Shown piece after piece: positions 34,258-46,700 of a DNA stretch of 62,865 bases; position 1 is the stretch's first letter; every line of letters begins with the position of its first letter. The stretch comes from an uncultured virus (IMG/VR IMGVR_UViG_3300032117_000008) (taxonomy: Duplodnaviria; Heunggongvirae; Uroviricota; Caudoviricetes). The stretch lies in IMG/VR virus record IMGVR_UViG_3300032117_000008; one strand, given 5' to 3'. Below the pieces are notes generated by a model. The model did no database searches. It was not told the DNA's origin and was given only the letters and a program-made list of their open reading frames with translations. A program made the position numbers and the translations under genes.

Positions 34258-35148
34258 ATGGCGCAGTCAAGATATTTCACTAATTTCCCGACGATAACAT
34301 ATCAAGGAACTCAAGCTCTTGATATAACAGAACGCGTAGTTTTTCTTAACAACGCTTTGAAAAATCCATATTTGTTTTATCCGTACAATATTGCTGATGA
34401 TGAAAGAGCAGACCAATTTTGTAATCGTTATTACAACGATTCTTATAAAAGTTGGATTCTTTATCTAAGCAATCAAATTACTGACCCTTATTATGAATGG
34501 TATATGCCTCAAGAAACATTTAATGAATTTTTAAACGTAAAATATAAAAGCGTTAATGTTGATTGCCCAATACAAGGCTATCAATTAGCCCAACAAAAAA
34601 TCAAAAATTATGAAAACAATTGGTACAATTCTCAAAACATTTCAGTGAGTCAATATAATTCTTTACCAGCAACAGTTCTTAAATATTGGCAACCTATATA
34701 TGGATTTAACAACGCTGTAATTGCCTACGAAAGAACAAAGAATAGTATAACTATTAATACGAACGGTATTAGATCTTATTATGTGTCGAACACAAGTTTT
34801 ATTAAAGACGAAGTTTGTAACGTTGTTTTTTCCGATAGTTCTTCGGGTAGCGGACAAGTTTTATCTATAATAAACAACACTTTGTATTTACAACATGTTT
34901 CCGGTTCAACAGTTTCTAATACAAATTTAGGAGGATATATTTACGGACAAGAAAGCTCGGTAAATACAATATTTTCTAATTCTAGTTTGATAGTTGATAA
35001 TTTATTACCTGAAGAAGTAACTTATTGGTCTCCAGTTTATTGTTATGATTACGAAAACGCAAAAAATGAATATAATAATACTATCAAAGTTCTTGACTCG
35101 GCTTATTCGGCAAACGTGGCAAATGGATTAAAGGCTCTATTGAAATAA
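34258..35148 (+). CDS. 53: Baseplate wedge gp53
   Basis: YF.NFP.I.Y, ERAD...YY...W.L..N.I.DPYYEW, YDYE..NE..IKVL. Confidence 0.85.
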   Translation: MAQSRYFTNFPTITYQGTQALDITERVVFLNNALKNPYLFYPYNIADDERADQFCNRYYNDSYKSWILYLSNQITDPYYEWYMPQETFNEFLNVKYKSVNVDCPIQGYQLAQQKIKNYENNWYNSQNISVSQYNSLPATVLKYWQPIYGFNNAVIAYERTKNSITINTNGIRSYYVSNTSFIKDEVCNVVFSDSSSGSGQVLSIINNTLYLQHVSGSTVSNTNLGGYIYGQESSVNTIFSNSSLIVDNLLPEEVTYWSPVYCYDYENAKNEYNNTIKVLDSAYSANVANGLKALLK

Positions 35149-36374
35149 TGACAGCTGTACCTGGTGATATATCGATCGACACTTTTACTATTGGCGGATT
35201 GGATTTGACAGATCCTTCTCAGGCCACTTTTAATACGTTGGATATTTACGAAGATATTCTTAATCCGGTGTTTATCGCCGAAGTTGAAGTATTGGATTAT
35301 AATGATGCTTTAGGAACAAATAAGCTTGACGGTAGTCAAGAAGTTAATTTGAGTTTCAGTGTTCCGGGTGCAGGTTCTTGTACTTTTAAATTTGCTCTTC
35401 TTGCAAACAAAAATTTAGACGATAAGACGTTTGAAAAATCAGGCTCGATGAAACACAAAACTTATAAACTGAGAATGATTTCAAAAGACGCTTTGAAGAA
35501 TCAATCCAATCATTTGGCCAAAAGCTTCAATCAACCAACACATCAAACGGTTCAAGACGCTTTAAAAACAATTACTGATGCTCAAATAAATGTTCCGGAT
35601 CCTTGTAAGGGTAATCAGAGATTAATAGCAAATCATGAAAAAGTTTACGATTTCTTAAAAAATATACATGGCAGACACGTATCTCAACAAAATCAATCTT
35701 CCCTTTATACTTTATTCGCCGGAAGAAATGGTAGTCAAGAAAATAGAACGTTTTGCACCTTTGAACACTTGATGTCCCAAGGTTCCGTATTTGATTTGAA
35801 ACAAGACAACACTATCGGCGGAAGAACAACAACAGAATCAGACGGTATGAATAATATGCTTTGGTTACATGTTCCTGATTCTTTTTATACGCCAGTAACT
35901 TATAACGCTGGTTCTTCTAAAAGTGTTTATGATGTAGGCACAGGAAAATCTAAAGTTGAACAGAATCCTTCTACTAATATAGTTCTTCCAACAGCGGCTT
36001 CTTCAGCAACAGCTTCTTATCAATCTGACGCGAACTCAGCGAAAAATCTTCCATTGAGACATTATCATAACGATCAATTTAATGATAAAACAAGAACTGA
36101 TATTGATAAAGCGAAAGTTAAAAGAGCCGATTACCTTAAAGAAATAGCCCAAAATTCCGCTAAGTTTGAGATCAATGGCAACCCAAATATTGCCGTTGGT
36201 AATATTGTCACAATGAATATACCCAAGAAAGCCGACGCGGATCATGACTCCGGCGAAACACAAATGAATGATAAAGTTTTGATTACAAAATTAAGACATA
36301 GAATTAAACCAGCAGGAACTAGACCAAGATATACGATGGTTATTGAAGCGATCAAGGGAGGCTATAGTCAATGA
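35148..36374 (+). CDS. Baseplate hub protein (gp27-like)
   Basis: IYEDI, INGN..I.VG..V...IP, LIT.LRH; lies between 53 and 5. Confidence 0.6.
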   Translation: MTAVPGDISIDTFTIGGLDLTDPSQATFNTLDIYEDILNPVFIAEVEVLDYNDALGTNKLDGSQEVNLSFSVPGAGSCTFKFALLANKNLDDKTFEKSGSMKHKTYKLRMISKDALKNQSNHLAKSFNQPTHQTVQDALKTITDAQINVPDPCKGNQRLIANHEKVYDFLKNIHGRHVSQQNQSSLYTLFAGRNGSQENRTFCTFEHLMSQGSVFDLKQDNTIGGRTTTESDGMNNMLWLHVPDSFYTPVTYNAGSSKSVYDVGTGKSKVEQNPSTNIVLPTAASSATASYQSDANSAKNLPLRHYHNDQFNDKTRTDIDKAKVKRADYLKEIAQNSAKFEINGNPNIAVGNIVTMNIPKKADADHDSGETQMNDKVLITKLRHRIKPAGTRPRYTMVIEAIKGGYSQ

Positions 36375-38203
36375 TTAATAATAATAATGTTTTTATCGCC
36401 GAAGTTAGAAATATCAAAGATCCTTGGAAAGCCGGCAGAGTACAAATTCGTGTTTATGGTAATCACGATAACGAACAAGATATCAAAGACGACGATTTAC
36501 CTTGGGCTACTCCTTTACAACCGATAACATCAGCTGCAACCGGTAAAGTTGGTATAATTCCAGTTGGTATGGTTGTTGGTTCGAGAGTTTTTGGTTTATT
36601 CAACGATGATGCTAGACAACACCCTATTATCCTAGGCACTTTTGCCAGAGCGGCAAAATTAAACGGTTATGATAATTCTGGGGGGCAAGAAGGTTTAGAT
36701 AAAACAGGAAACGATGTCCCTTCTCCTGGTAGACCAAAAGAAACTCAAGGTAAAACGCCAAACAACGCAGCTGTTGGTGATTCTCAAATAGATCCAACAG
36801 GAGCAAAATATAATGAAGCGCCTTATAAAGAAGATGATAAAGGTCAAGATGGGTTTGATTATTCTAGAAAACAAAATGCGCCAAATGCTGACAAAGCAAC
36901 TATCGCCGCTTTGGATCCAAGCCTAAAATTACCAGATGCTATAGCACAGGTTGGAACTTCCGGCGAAGTTTTAAAAAATATGATGAGCTTACTTAATATA
37001 GTAAAGGGCATCATGGCCATGGCCAACAGCGGTAGCGGAAGTGGCGCTGCTGGCGGTGGAGGAACTGGTGTTGTTAAAACAGTAACCACAGCATTAACTG
37101 GTGCTCTTGCAATTATTGCGAACAAATATGGGTTTTTGAACGTAATTCAAATATTAACAAAAACTTTTTCCGGAGATGCTTTCTATCAATTAGAACAAGA
37201 TTATGACACTATTATGATAGAAGCGATAGTGTCATTGGTATCAAACGCGGCAAAATACGGAACAACAGATATACCTTATCCAACTACTCCGACAGTAATA
37301 TATCAATCTATTAATACTCCGGTTCCACAACCAATATATGGATTTGCACCAGATTTTTATGTTCAACAATATTACTCACCTGATTCTGATCCATGGCCAG
37401 GATTTGTTCAATGGCTTGGACCAAAAGGTGATTACATTTATACAGTAAGAGGCGCGCAGCAACCTAATTATTCAACACCACAACAAGCTGTTTACGATGC
37501 TGCGCAAACACAGTTGGCAAATTTACTTTCTCCATATTTCGAAAACGGAGTTATAACAGTTCAAGATTTTAACAAAATTTTGGATGAAGTTAGTACAACC
37601 ACTACAAATAATGGAACAAATGCTATCCTAGGTAACAACAGTAGCAGTAATATTATGGCCATGGCAATGCAACTTCTGGGTATTATTGGTTCAATGATTA
37701 ACCAAGCTCAAAATTCTCATTTGCCTTCTTCAGTTTTAAATGTAGGCTCGATGACTGAAACTCTTAATAAATTTACTAAAAATATCGCTTATTTACAACA
37801 GATGAAAAATATATCAAAACCTGCTTTTTCTTTGCCAAATGCATTGGGTGCATTGTCTTCATTAGGTTCTTTGGGCGGTGATTTAGGTAATGCGCTTTCT
37901 TCATTGGGGTCTTTGGGCGGTGTTGCAAGTACATTGGCACAAGCAACAGGGGCTTTGAATAACGTATTGAGTATATTGCCGAACGGCGGATTATCTCCAA
38001 GTTCTATTTCGAATTTATTAAATGCTGGTATTTCTCAAAGTTCTGTTTCTAATATCAACAGCATATCACAAAACAATGTAAATTTGTCTCAATATTCTAT
38101 TGCTACAATTGCTTCGGTTACAAATGTTTTGGAAAAGGCAAATATATCACAAAGTGAAATTAATCAAATTCAAATCCTTCTTTCAGAAATTATTTTAAAT
38201 TGA
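36371..38203 (+). CDS. 5: gp5 N-terminal OB-domain protein with a long low-complexity extension
   Basis: DP.KAGRVQIRVYG.H...DLPWA, G..V.G.F.D...Q.P.ILG. Confidence 0.75.
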   Translation: MINNNNVFIAEVRNIKDPWKAGRVQIRVYGNHDNEQDIKDDDLPWATPLQPITSAATGKVGIIPVGMVVGSRVFGLFNDDARQHPIILGTFARAAKLNGYDNSGGQEGLDKTGNDVPSPGRPKETQGKTPNNAAVGDSQIDPTGAKYNEAPYKEDDKGQDGFDYSRKQNAPNADKATIAALDPSLKLPDAIAQVGTSGEVLKNMMSLLNIVKGIMAMANSGSGSGAAGGGGTGVVKTVTTALTGALAIIANKYGFLNVIQILTKTFSGDAFYQLEQDYDTIMIEAIVSLVSNAAKYGTTDIPYPTTPTVIYQSINTPVPQPIYGFAPDFYVQQYYSPDSDPWPGFVQWLGPKGDYIYTVRGAQQPNYSTPQQAVYDAAQTQLANLLSPYFENGVITVQDFNKILDEVSTTTTNNGTNAILGNNSSSNIMAMAMQLLGIIGSMINQAQNSHLPSSVLNVGSMTETLNKFTKNIAYLQQMKNISKPAFSLPNALGALSSLGSLGGDLGNALSSLGSLGGVASTLAQATGALNNVLSILPNGGLSPSSISNLLNAGISQSSVSNINSISQNNVNLSQYSIATIASVTNVLEKANISQSEINQIQILLSEIILN

Positions 38204-38211
38204 GATAAAAA

Positions 38212-39177
38212 ATGTCTATTGATCCCTCTCTACCTCAAAGTTCTTTAACGCCGCCTTCTAATATTAACGTAAAGTTGCCGCCTCAACCAAATCCTTTGGC
38301 GGGTAGAGCAACTCATGATTATCCTATGATTTCAGGAGAAACTAAACCTAACGGTCATACTTCTTTTTGGTCTCAATTTGGCGACGCGGCTTCTCATTTT
38401 TCGGCCGAAATTGGTTTTACCGGTGCATATAAAGTTATCGAAAACGGCGCAAAAAAAATTGTTCATTCTTTAGAAAACGCTGTAGGTTACAACTACGGTA
38501 AAGGTCAATCAAACCATCAGGATGGGCACCAAGATAATAACTCAGAAGGTAACACAAACAACAATACAAAAAATGATCATGCATTAAAAGCCGGTGGCGA
38601 TTCTTATAAAGGTTCTGGAGGCGTTGAACAAAACGGTACAGGCGGCGATGGTAGTTTTAATAATAATACTGGTGGGTCTACGTTTGAAACGACAAGTGGA
38701 GATCACGTTAAACAGCACGATGGACATATTCATACGAATATCAAAGGCGATGAAGTTCATGCAGTTGTGGGGAATAAATATCATACCGTTAAAGGCGATC
38801 ACGGACATTACGTTCAATCTGGTAATTACGATATTAAAGTCGAAAGCGGAAAAACAAGATTTGATATTGCTCAAAATTTATCATTATTAAGTCGCGATCA
38901 AGTAAATATAACTGCGGATGGCGGTACTGGAAGTGTTAATATAAGCGGTACTGGAAGTGTTAATATAACAGCAGCAAATAAAATTATTTTACAGGTTGGT
39001 GAAAGTTCTATAACAATAACTTCCGGAAATATAATTATCAAAAGTGGTGGTACTGTCACTGTACAAGGCGGTAGTGATATTAATATCAACTCTGATGGCG
39101 GTGATATTACAACAAAAGGTCAATCTACAAAAATACAAGGCGGCGGAGTCAGCGCTCCTCCTACAACTTTCTCTTAA
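38212..39177 (+). CDS. gp5 C-terminal beta-helix spike-like protein
   Basis: 8-residue VxGN/IxGD repeats and LQVGESSITIT; precedes 25. Confidence 0.65.
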   Translation: MSIDPSLPQSSLTPPSNINVKLPPQPNPLAGRATHDYPMISGETKPNGHTSFWSQFGDAASHFSAEIGFTGAYKVIENGAKKIVHSLENAVGYNYGKGQSNHQDGHQDNNSEGNTNNNTKNDHALKAGGDSYKGSGGVEQNGTGGDGSFNNNTGGSTFETTSGDHVKQHDGHIHTNIKGDEVHAVVGNKYHTVKGDHGHYVQSGNYDIKVESGKTRFDIAQNLSLLSRDQVNITADGGTGSVNISGTGSVNITAANKIILQVGESSITITSGNIIIKSGGTVTVQGGSDININSDGGDITTKGQSTKIQGGGVSAPPTTFS

Positions 39178-39186
39178 GGAAAATAA

Positions 39187-39609
39187 ATGGCAGTTACAAG
39201 AGCGGATACTCTTACATCTACGATCAAAAAACAAGAATATTTCTCAGATTTTCTTGATAGTTTTGCCGTATCGCCTGTTGGTGGTGAACTTGGTAAAGTA
39301 GTCAACGAACGTTCTGTGTCCCAATCAATCAAAAATTTGATAATGACTTCTCTTGGAGAAAGATTGTTTCAACCAACGGTTGGTTCAAACATTTACAATT
39401 CTGTTTTTGAGTTTAATGACAATCTTACTAACGCTTCAATAGAATTTAATATAGCGAACACTTTAAAATATAATGAACCTAGATGCAATTTGATTTCTGT
39501 CAACGTCTCTTCGACAGACGATTATAGTTTACAAGTAACTATCACTTACGCTCTTATAAATAATCCTGAACCAATAACAATAAACTTCATGCTTCAAAGA
39601 GTGCGATAA
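39187..39609 (+). CDS. 25: Baseplate wedge gp25
   Basis: SIKNLIMT..GERLFQP..GS, EPR. Confidence 0.92.
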   Translation: MAVTRADTLTSTIKKQEYFSDFLDSFAVSPVGGELGKVVNERSVSQSIKNLIMTSLGERLFQPTVGSNIYNSVFEFNDNLTNASIEFNIANTLKYNEPRCNLISVNVSSTDDYSLQVTITYALINNPEPITINFMLQRVR

Positions 39610-41400
39610 ATGGCAGCAAATAGCAATCTAACTCTTACATCATTAGATTTTGATACTTTAAAAAACAATTTAATTACGTTCCTAAAAAGTCAACCTACCT
39701 TTAAGGATTATAATTTCACAGGATCTAATATGAACGTATTGTTGGACGTAATGTCTTACAATACGTTCCTTAATGCATTTTATCTTAATATGGTCGCTTC
39801 TGAAATGTTTCTAGATTCGGCTCAAAAATTAGATTCGGTTATTTCTCACGCCAAAGAATTGAATTATCTACCCAGATCAAATCGTTCCCCAGTTGCTACA
39901 ATAAGTTTTACCCTAAACACTGCCGACAATAGTAATAACAACACAATTACAAATCCTTTAGTTATACCAAAAGGGACAATTTTTAGTGGTTTAAACGCGA
40001 ATGGTGGATTTACTTACGTAACGAATGAAGAAACATCTTATCTTTCAACAAATACAGTATATACGATTTCTAATTTACAAATTTATGAAGGTTCTTATGT
40101 ACAAGATACTTTCGTTGTTGATTATTCTAATCCTTCACAAATATTCACTTTATCAAACCCTTCTATTGATACGACAAGCCTTACTGTTACTGTTAACGAA
40201 AACGGAACCAACACTGTATATACTTACGCGGAAAATCTTTTTGGTTTAAGTAATACTTCCAATGTTTATTTCTTGCAAGCGACGGCAAACCAACAATATC
40301 AGATATTATTCGGTGATAATGTGTTTGGTTACAACCCATTGAACGGCGATATAATTTACGCAAAATATAGAACAACTTTTGGTTCGGATGGAAACGGAAT
40401 AACATCTTTTATGATCGATCAAGATTTAGGTGCGATTAATGGTGGCGTCGGTGTGCCTAGCGTTATAACAACTGTAAGTCCTTCCGTTGGCGGAGCAAAC
40501 GCAGAAACTATTGAATCGATTAGATTCAACGCTCCTAGATATTTTCAAACTCAAGGAAGATGTGTTACGGCTTCGGATTACAAGTCAACAATACTTCAAA
40601 ATTTCCCCGAAGTAGAACACGTTAATGTTTTTTCTCTTGAAACTTCTAACAACGTTGTTGAATTTGGAACGGTTTTCGTTTCTATGAGTACGTATACGGG
40701 AAATATATTAACAAGTAATAGAAAACAAAATATACAATCTTTTGTCAACAATCTTTCCCCTATAGGAATAAACGTTCAAATTGTGGATCCGGATTACCTT
40801 TATATTACGCTGAATTCCACTGTGCACGTTAATTTTTCTAATACTATTTCTACTCCAGCTACAATTATATCCGAAGTGATCTCGACTATAAACGATTACA
40901 ATGTTTCTAATTTACAAGATTTTAACACGGCATTTAGAATGTCTAGATTAGAAAATCAAATCAATAACGCCGACGTCGGAATACTTAGTAACGAAACTAA
41001 AGCGCAATTATATAAAATATTTTCTCCTAATTTAAACGTTCCTAGCTCTATTTCTTGTAATTTTCAGAATTCTATTGAGCCTGGTTCTTTGACAAGTAGT
41101 TTGTTGGTTTTAAACGGTCAAAATTATATATTCACGGATTATATACCAGAAGTAGATATGGGTTCTGGTATAGTGTATGAATTGCTACAATCAAGTTCTT
41201 CGACCATAAGTTACAACAAAATAGGAACTGTGGATTATACTTCAGGAATTGTAAATATTCAACAAGTTTCTTTCAATAATATTGGAGGCGGTGTTAAAAT
41301 ATATGCAACTCCGACGAATCAAGACTTGTATTGTTATAACAATACAATTATAGAAATTGATACTATTTCTGGATTAACAATAAACACAGTCAGCGGATAA
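39610..41400 (+). CDS. 6: Baseplate wedge gp6
   Basis: LDFDTLK, DYNFTGS, EMFLDSA, FGD..FG, GGA..E.IESIRFNAP, R.VTASDY. Confidence 0.93.
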   Translation: MAANSNLTLTSLDFDTLKNNLITFLKSQPTFKDYNFTGSNMNVLLDVMSYNTFLNAFYLNMVASEMFLDSAQKLDSVISHAKELNYLPRSNRSPVATISFTLNTADNSNNNTITNPLVIPKGTIFSGLNANGGFTYVTNEETSYLSTNTVYTISNLQIYEGSYVQDTFVVDYSNPSQIFTLSNPSIDTTSLTVTVNENGTNTVYTYAENLFGLSNTSNVYFLQATANQQYQILFGDNVFGYNPLNGDIIYAKYRTTFGSDGNGITSFMIDQDLGAINGGVGVPSVITTVSPSVGGANAETIESIRFNAPRYFQTQGRCVTASDYKSTILQNFPEVEHVNVFSLETSNNVVEFGTVFVSMSTYTGNILTSNRKQNIQSFVNNLSPIGINVQIVDPDYLYITLNSTVHVNFSNTISTPATIISEVISTINDYNVSNLQDFNTAFRMSRLENQINNADVGILSNETKAQLYKIFSPNLNVPSSISCNFQNSIEPGSLTSSLLVLNGQNYIFTDYIPEVDMGSGIVYELLQSSSSTISYNKIGTVDYTSGIVNIQQVSFNNIGGGVKIYATPTNQDLYCYNNTIIEIDTISGLTINTVSG

Positions 41401-41401
41401 A

Positions 41402-43690
41402 ATGGAAATAGATAAATTTATTTCTCCATTCATTGCTTCGCAATTTCCAAACTTCTATCAAACAGAAGGAACGAATTTTATTGCCTTTATGAAGGCGTAT
41501 TACGAATGGATGGAATCGGAAAATAACGCAATATATCAAGTTAGATCTTTACTTGATTATAGAGATATTGATTCTACTCTTCCTCAATTTGTCAAATATT
41601 TTAAAGACAAATATATGGATTCTATTCCGGAAAATATCAAAGCGGATAAAAAACTTTTATTAAAACATATATTAGAATTGTATCGTTCAAAAGGTAGCAC
41701 AGAATCATACAAATTACTTTTTAGAATTTTATTCAATGAAGATATTGAAGTTTATATTCCCAATCAATATGTTTTCAAACTATCTGATAATAACTGGATA
41801 ACTCCGAAATACATAGAAGTTTCCGATAATCCTTATTTGGTAAATCTAATTGGTCAAAAAATTTACTCTTCTTCAACTTTATCAACGGCAGTAGTTGACA
41901 ATTACTTTACAAAATCTGTTAATAATAAAATTATTAACGTTTTATATTTGATTGGTTTAGAAGGTAATTTTCATTACGGAGAAAAAATTTTTTGTGAAGC
42001 GGTCCCTCAAATAACTATAGATACAGCGCCAGTTATATTTGGGTCATTATCTTCTGTTACTGTTGTTCAAGGCGGTATTAATTATAATATTGGCGATGTA
42101 TTAACCGTTGAGGGCAGCGGTTACGGAGCATTGGCTAAAGTTGCTGCGACTAGATCTAAAAACGGCGAAGTTACGTTTGAATTAATAGACGGCGGTTCCG
42201 GATTTTCTACCGGAGCTATAATAAGTGTTGACGGAGCAGCGTTTAATATAGTAAACGCCACAAATACAAATCCAGTCGTAATCACAACTTCGAACAATAA
42301 TACTATAACGAACGGCCAATCTATTAGGATAGATTACGTTGATGGAATGTTTCAACTTAATTCTAGCGTATATAATTATTACGCTAAATTGATTAATTCA
42401 ACTTCGTTTTCTGTATATAGCGACCCAACTTTGTCGACTCCGCTGAATGGAACTACGTTTAACGCGTATTCCCCAAATAGCGGATATGTATATATCAATA
42501 CTGGAGGTTCTGGGGCAACTTTTAATATTGGTAGTATAGTCAATAAACAAATATATAAATTAAATACTGATTACATTAACACCTATTATAATACTATACT
42601 CGATAGCACTATTTCGGGTTATAATATCGCGGTTTCTAGTATTAACGGTACTTTTTCAGCTAATAATAAAATTTATATGAGTAATGTTAGCGTAAGAGAA
42701 TTGGATTGTAATGTTATTTCTACTTCTTCAGTTTTGTCTGTTGGAGAAAATTTATCGAACTCTTCTCAAGGTATAGCCAATCTAACAGTTTGTATTTCGG
42801 ATAACACTTACGTTATGGTCAAAGGTTCTGACATAACGAACGCAAATCTAGCTAGTGGAGTAATATTAAAAAGTAATACAAGTAATACTTACGTATTATT
42901 AAACACAGTATTCCCAGTAGAAACAATAAATGCGACAGCGAACGTTGTTACTTCAAATTCTACGGTTTTAGGAATAAACGCTCAAAATGGTTATTTTTTA
43001 CAAGGCGAAAAAATATACAATTCTAATTCTACATCGAATGCGGTAATAAATTCTGTAACAAGAAACACCAACTGGGTATTTCAAGTTCCTTTACCGGCCA
43101 ATTTAGATCAATCGATTCAAAACATTTTAACCACGGTGAATAAAGAAGTTGGAACAATTGCTTCAATAACTGATATTAATCCGGGAACTGGTTACGCTTC
43201 CGATCCGGTCGTTTCTATTGTCGAACCTTTAATTTATGATTTAAGAATTTCTGATCCTGTTAATGGTGGTATAGAAGGTTTCAATGTTTACGTCAAAGCT
43301 CGTGCTGGATACGCGAACGGTATAGTAACTGCGATCACTATAGTCGATAGTGGATTTGGTTACGATAGAGACCAAGTAGTTAATTTGTTAAATTCTAATA
43401 ATAACTACGTGGTAACTGGAACAACGTTTGTTGATATTAATGGAATAGGACAAGGGTATTGGACTAATCATAAAAGTTTCGTTAGCGACGTTATGAAAAT
43501 TCAAGACAGTAATTTTTATCAAAATTATTCTTATCAAATAATAGCGGAAAGAATGATAGATACATATAAAGAATTAGTTTACGATTTGGTTCACCCTATT
43601 GGAATCAAATTGTTCGGTACTTTCGCGGTTAAAGATAATTTAATTTCTAATTATTCTCAATTAGCCAATTCATATTTTGTTCAGTCATAA
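41402..43690 (+). CDS. 7: Baseplate wedge initiator gp7-like
   Basis: F.KAYYEW, YRSKGS.ESYKLLFRILF, IQDSNFYQNYSY, VHPIG.K.FG. Confidence 0.8.
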   Translation: MEIDKFISPFIASQFPNFYQTEGTNFIAFMKAYYEWMESENNAIYQVRSLLDYRDIDSTLPQFVKYFKDKYMDSIPENIKADKKLLLKHILELYRSKGSTESYKLLFRILFNEDIEVYIPNQYVFKLSDNNWITPKYIEVSDNPYLVNLIGQKIYSSSTLSTAVVDNYFTKSVNNKIINVLYLIGLEGNFHYGEKIFCEAVPQITIDTAPVIFGSLSSVTVVQGGINYNIGDVLTVEGSGYGALAKVAATRSKNGEVTFELIDGGSGFSTGAIISVDGAAFNIVNATNTNPVVITTSNNNTITNGQSIRIDYVDGMFQLNSSVYNYYAKLINSTSFSVYSDPTLSTPLNGTTFNAYSPNSGYVYINTGGSGATFNIGSIVNKQIYKLNTDYINTYYNTILDSTISGYNIAVSSINGTFSANNKIYMSNVSVRELDCNVISTSSVLSVGENLSNSSQGIANLTVCISDNTYVMVKGSDITNANLASGVILKSNTSNTYVLLNTVFPVETINATANVVTSNSTVLGINAQNGYFLQGEKIYNSNSTSNAVINSVTRNTNWVFQVPLPANLDQSIQNILTTVNKEVGTIASITDINPGTGYASDPVVSIVEPLIYDLRISDPVNGGIEGFNVYVKARAGYANGIVTAITIVDSGFGYDRDQVVNLLNSNNNYVVTGTTFVDINGIGQGYWTNHKSFVSDVMKIQDSNFYQNYSYQIIAERMIDTYKELVYDLVHPIGIKLFGTFAVKDNLISNYSQLANSYFVQS

Positions 43691-43721
43691 ATACAATATT
43701 GGAACATTAAGAGATCATTAA

Positions 43722-46700
43722 ATGGCAATTTTAACTATCAATCACAACATTAATCTTGTTACTGATTTTATTAATGACGTCAGTAACGGCGAGAATTCTT
43801 ATTATTGTTTTGTATCTAAAGCTACACCTTGGACCGACGCCAATGGAAACATATACGACAGTAACGTTCCGGAAGCGAATAATTCAATTTTTCAGGTAGA
43901 ACAGGGAACATATCAAAACATCGTTTATGGAAAACGTTTAAGTAATTCCGATGTTGTTCCTATGGTAGTTAGAAATAATTGGTCAAACGGGACTGTTTAC
44001 GCTAGATATAACGATACAGACCCAAACCTTTACAATGAAAATTTTTACGTAATCACTGATCAAAACGCAGTTTACAAATGTATTGACAACGGATACTCTG
44101 TATTAACTCCGAACGGAGTTCCTTCTACTTACGAGCCAAGCTCAACAACAACAATTGGCAATTTTACGACTCCTGACGGTTATATTTGGAAGTATATGTT
44201 TACGGTGGACCCAACAACATATAATAATTTCCAATCGGCGAATTATATACCCGTTACTCCAAACAATGCGGTTCAAGGAAATGCCGTTCCTGGAACGATT
44301 GATAGTTTGGTTTTAACTAACGGAGGAACAAACTATCAAATTTACGAAGAAGGATTTTTACAGTCTGTAGTTAATAATTACGTTGTTCAGTTACCATCAA
44401 CTTCTTCGCCTTCCGACAACTATTATTCAGGTTCTTCAATTTATTTTAAAGCTGGTTTTGGTGCTGGCCAGCTGGCCAACATCGTAAATTACAGCGGAAC
44501 AACTAAGCTTATAACCGTAAATCCTCCGTTTAATTATTATGAAAATTTACAATTAAGTAATGTTAATGGTATTTTCAACATAGGCAATTTAATTTATCAA
44601 AATATTGCTTATATAACATATTATTATCAATCTGGTTATTTAAACACTGGCGACACTCTTATTCAATCTGACACTGGCGTCTACGGAACTATTAATTTCA
44701 GTAACTCTACTAATATCGTACTTAATGAACAATTTAAAGGATTGTCCCCAAATTACCCTATGTATGATACTTCATATTCAGCGGTTAAACGTAACGGTAA
44801 AGTATCGATCTCGAATAACTCTTCAAACGTTGTCGCTGTTTCAAATAATTATTTTTCTAATGATTTTTCGGTCGGTAGCTACATAAGAATCGGCGAAAAT
44901 GCAAACACAAATTTAAGAAGAGTTGTTTCAGTAAATTCTTCAATAATTACAGTGAATTATCCGTTCAATAACATATTGACTAGCGCGAATTGTTATTATG
45001 TTAACAACGCAATAAGTATTAACGGATTTAGCGAACAAACATATGAGGGGGCGGTAGTTTATACTAATCTTAACTCTACTGAATTATCTATTAGTAATAC
45101 TCAACCTTCTAATTCTTCTTTCTTTTTAGGAGAAACGGTTGTAATAGTTGACAGTAGCAACACTAGCCAAGGCGCTAATGGAACTGTTTCTTTTGCTAAT
45201 TCTTCTAATATGATTCTTAATAATGTTAATGGTAACGTAAATAACCTTGCTAATTTATACGCTTATGGTTTGTATTCTCAAGCTAAAGCCTATATCAACA
45301 ATAATATTTCTTATCCAAATATAACTGTGTCGACTATAGAAGGCGGTTTTCTTTCTGGTGTTCCCGTTGTATCTGCATACGCGAACGGCGTTCCTTCTGG
45401 TAACGCTCTAGTGGTTTCTTCTTATACTTCTCCAAACGAGTTAACGGAATATGTAATATCCCCAAAGGTTAATATTGAAGGAGACGGCAACGGAGCTCTA
45501 GCATATTGCACCGTTGATTTAAGCGGTAATAATCCTTCCAGATCAATTTCTTCGATTATATTAATTAATGGCGGCGAGAGTTATACACAAGCTAACATTT
45601 CAATTTCTTCAAACACATTATATGGAAGTGGCGCAATTGTACAACCTCAAATAAGCCCTGTAAACGGTCATGGCTATGACGCTTATACAGAACTTGGCGC
45701 TATTTACGCCGGATTATACACCAAATTTGACACTGCAGTAAACGAAAACTATAGTTTACCTTTATACGGTTCTTATAGAACCATAGGAATAATTAAAAAC
45801 CCTGCGATCAAAGATGCAATTATTAATCTAACTGATTTCGATAGAATTCAATTAGGCATTAGTAATACCAGCGGAACTTTTTCTATAGGAGAAATAGTTT
45901 ATCAACCTTCTTCAAACGCTGCTGGAGTAATTTCTACAAGTAATAGTAGCTCTATAGTATTAGATAATTATGGCGGAACGTTTAATTTTGATTCTTCTAA
46001 TTTAGCTAATTCTTCTACTCTATTATACGGTCTTATTTCTGGCGCAAACAGCCATTGTACTTCTTCTAATGTGGTTTATTTTATTTTACCCGCTAATACA
46101 GAAGCTCTAGTGGATAGCACAAGCGGTGGTACCGCTACTATGACTCAAGTGATTTCAAATACACAAATAAGAGTATCGAACGTAGTTGGAAAATTTTCAC
46201 AAAATGATTTGATTACGGAAAGTTTAAATGGTAATTACGCCAACATTGATTCTATATACACATCAAATGGAACGGTAAATTCAACAGTTAATTTCGGTAG
46301 TAGTTTCAATCAAACAGCGAGATTAACGTTATCATCAAATACAAATAACTACAATTTGTATGAGTATGTTACACAAAACACTACTTACGCAACAGGAAGA
46401 ATAATTAGTAAAACTGACGAGTTAGATTTAGTTTACAATGCCGCCGCCTCTTTCTCCGTCGGGGATATCTTAATAAACGCTAACACAGGTTCTAACGCTG
46501 TTGTTACTTACGCTAACAATTCATCGAACTATTTGAAATTATCTGCGGTGAATATGACGGGATTTAACGAAACTACACATAAACCGTTCAACGTTGGAGA
46601 TACTATTAAAAATCCTTCAGGAAGTAAAATTTCAACTATAAATAATGTTTATAGCGTTTTGGTTTTGGATGATGTTAGAAGTATCGTAAGTTCTAACACT

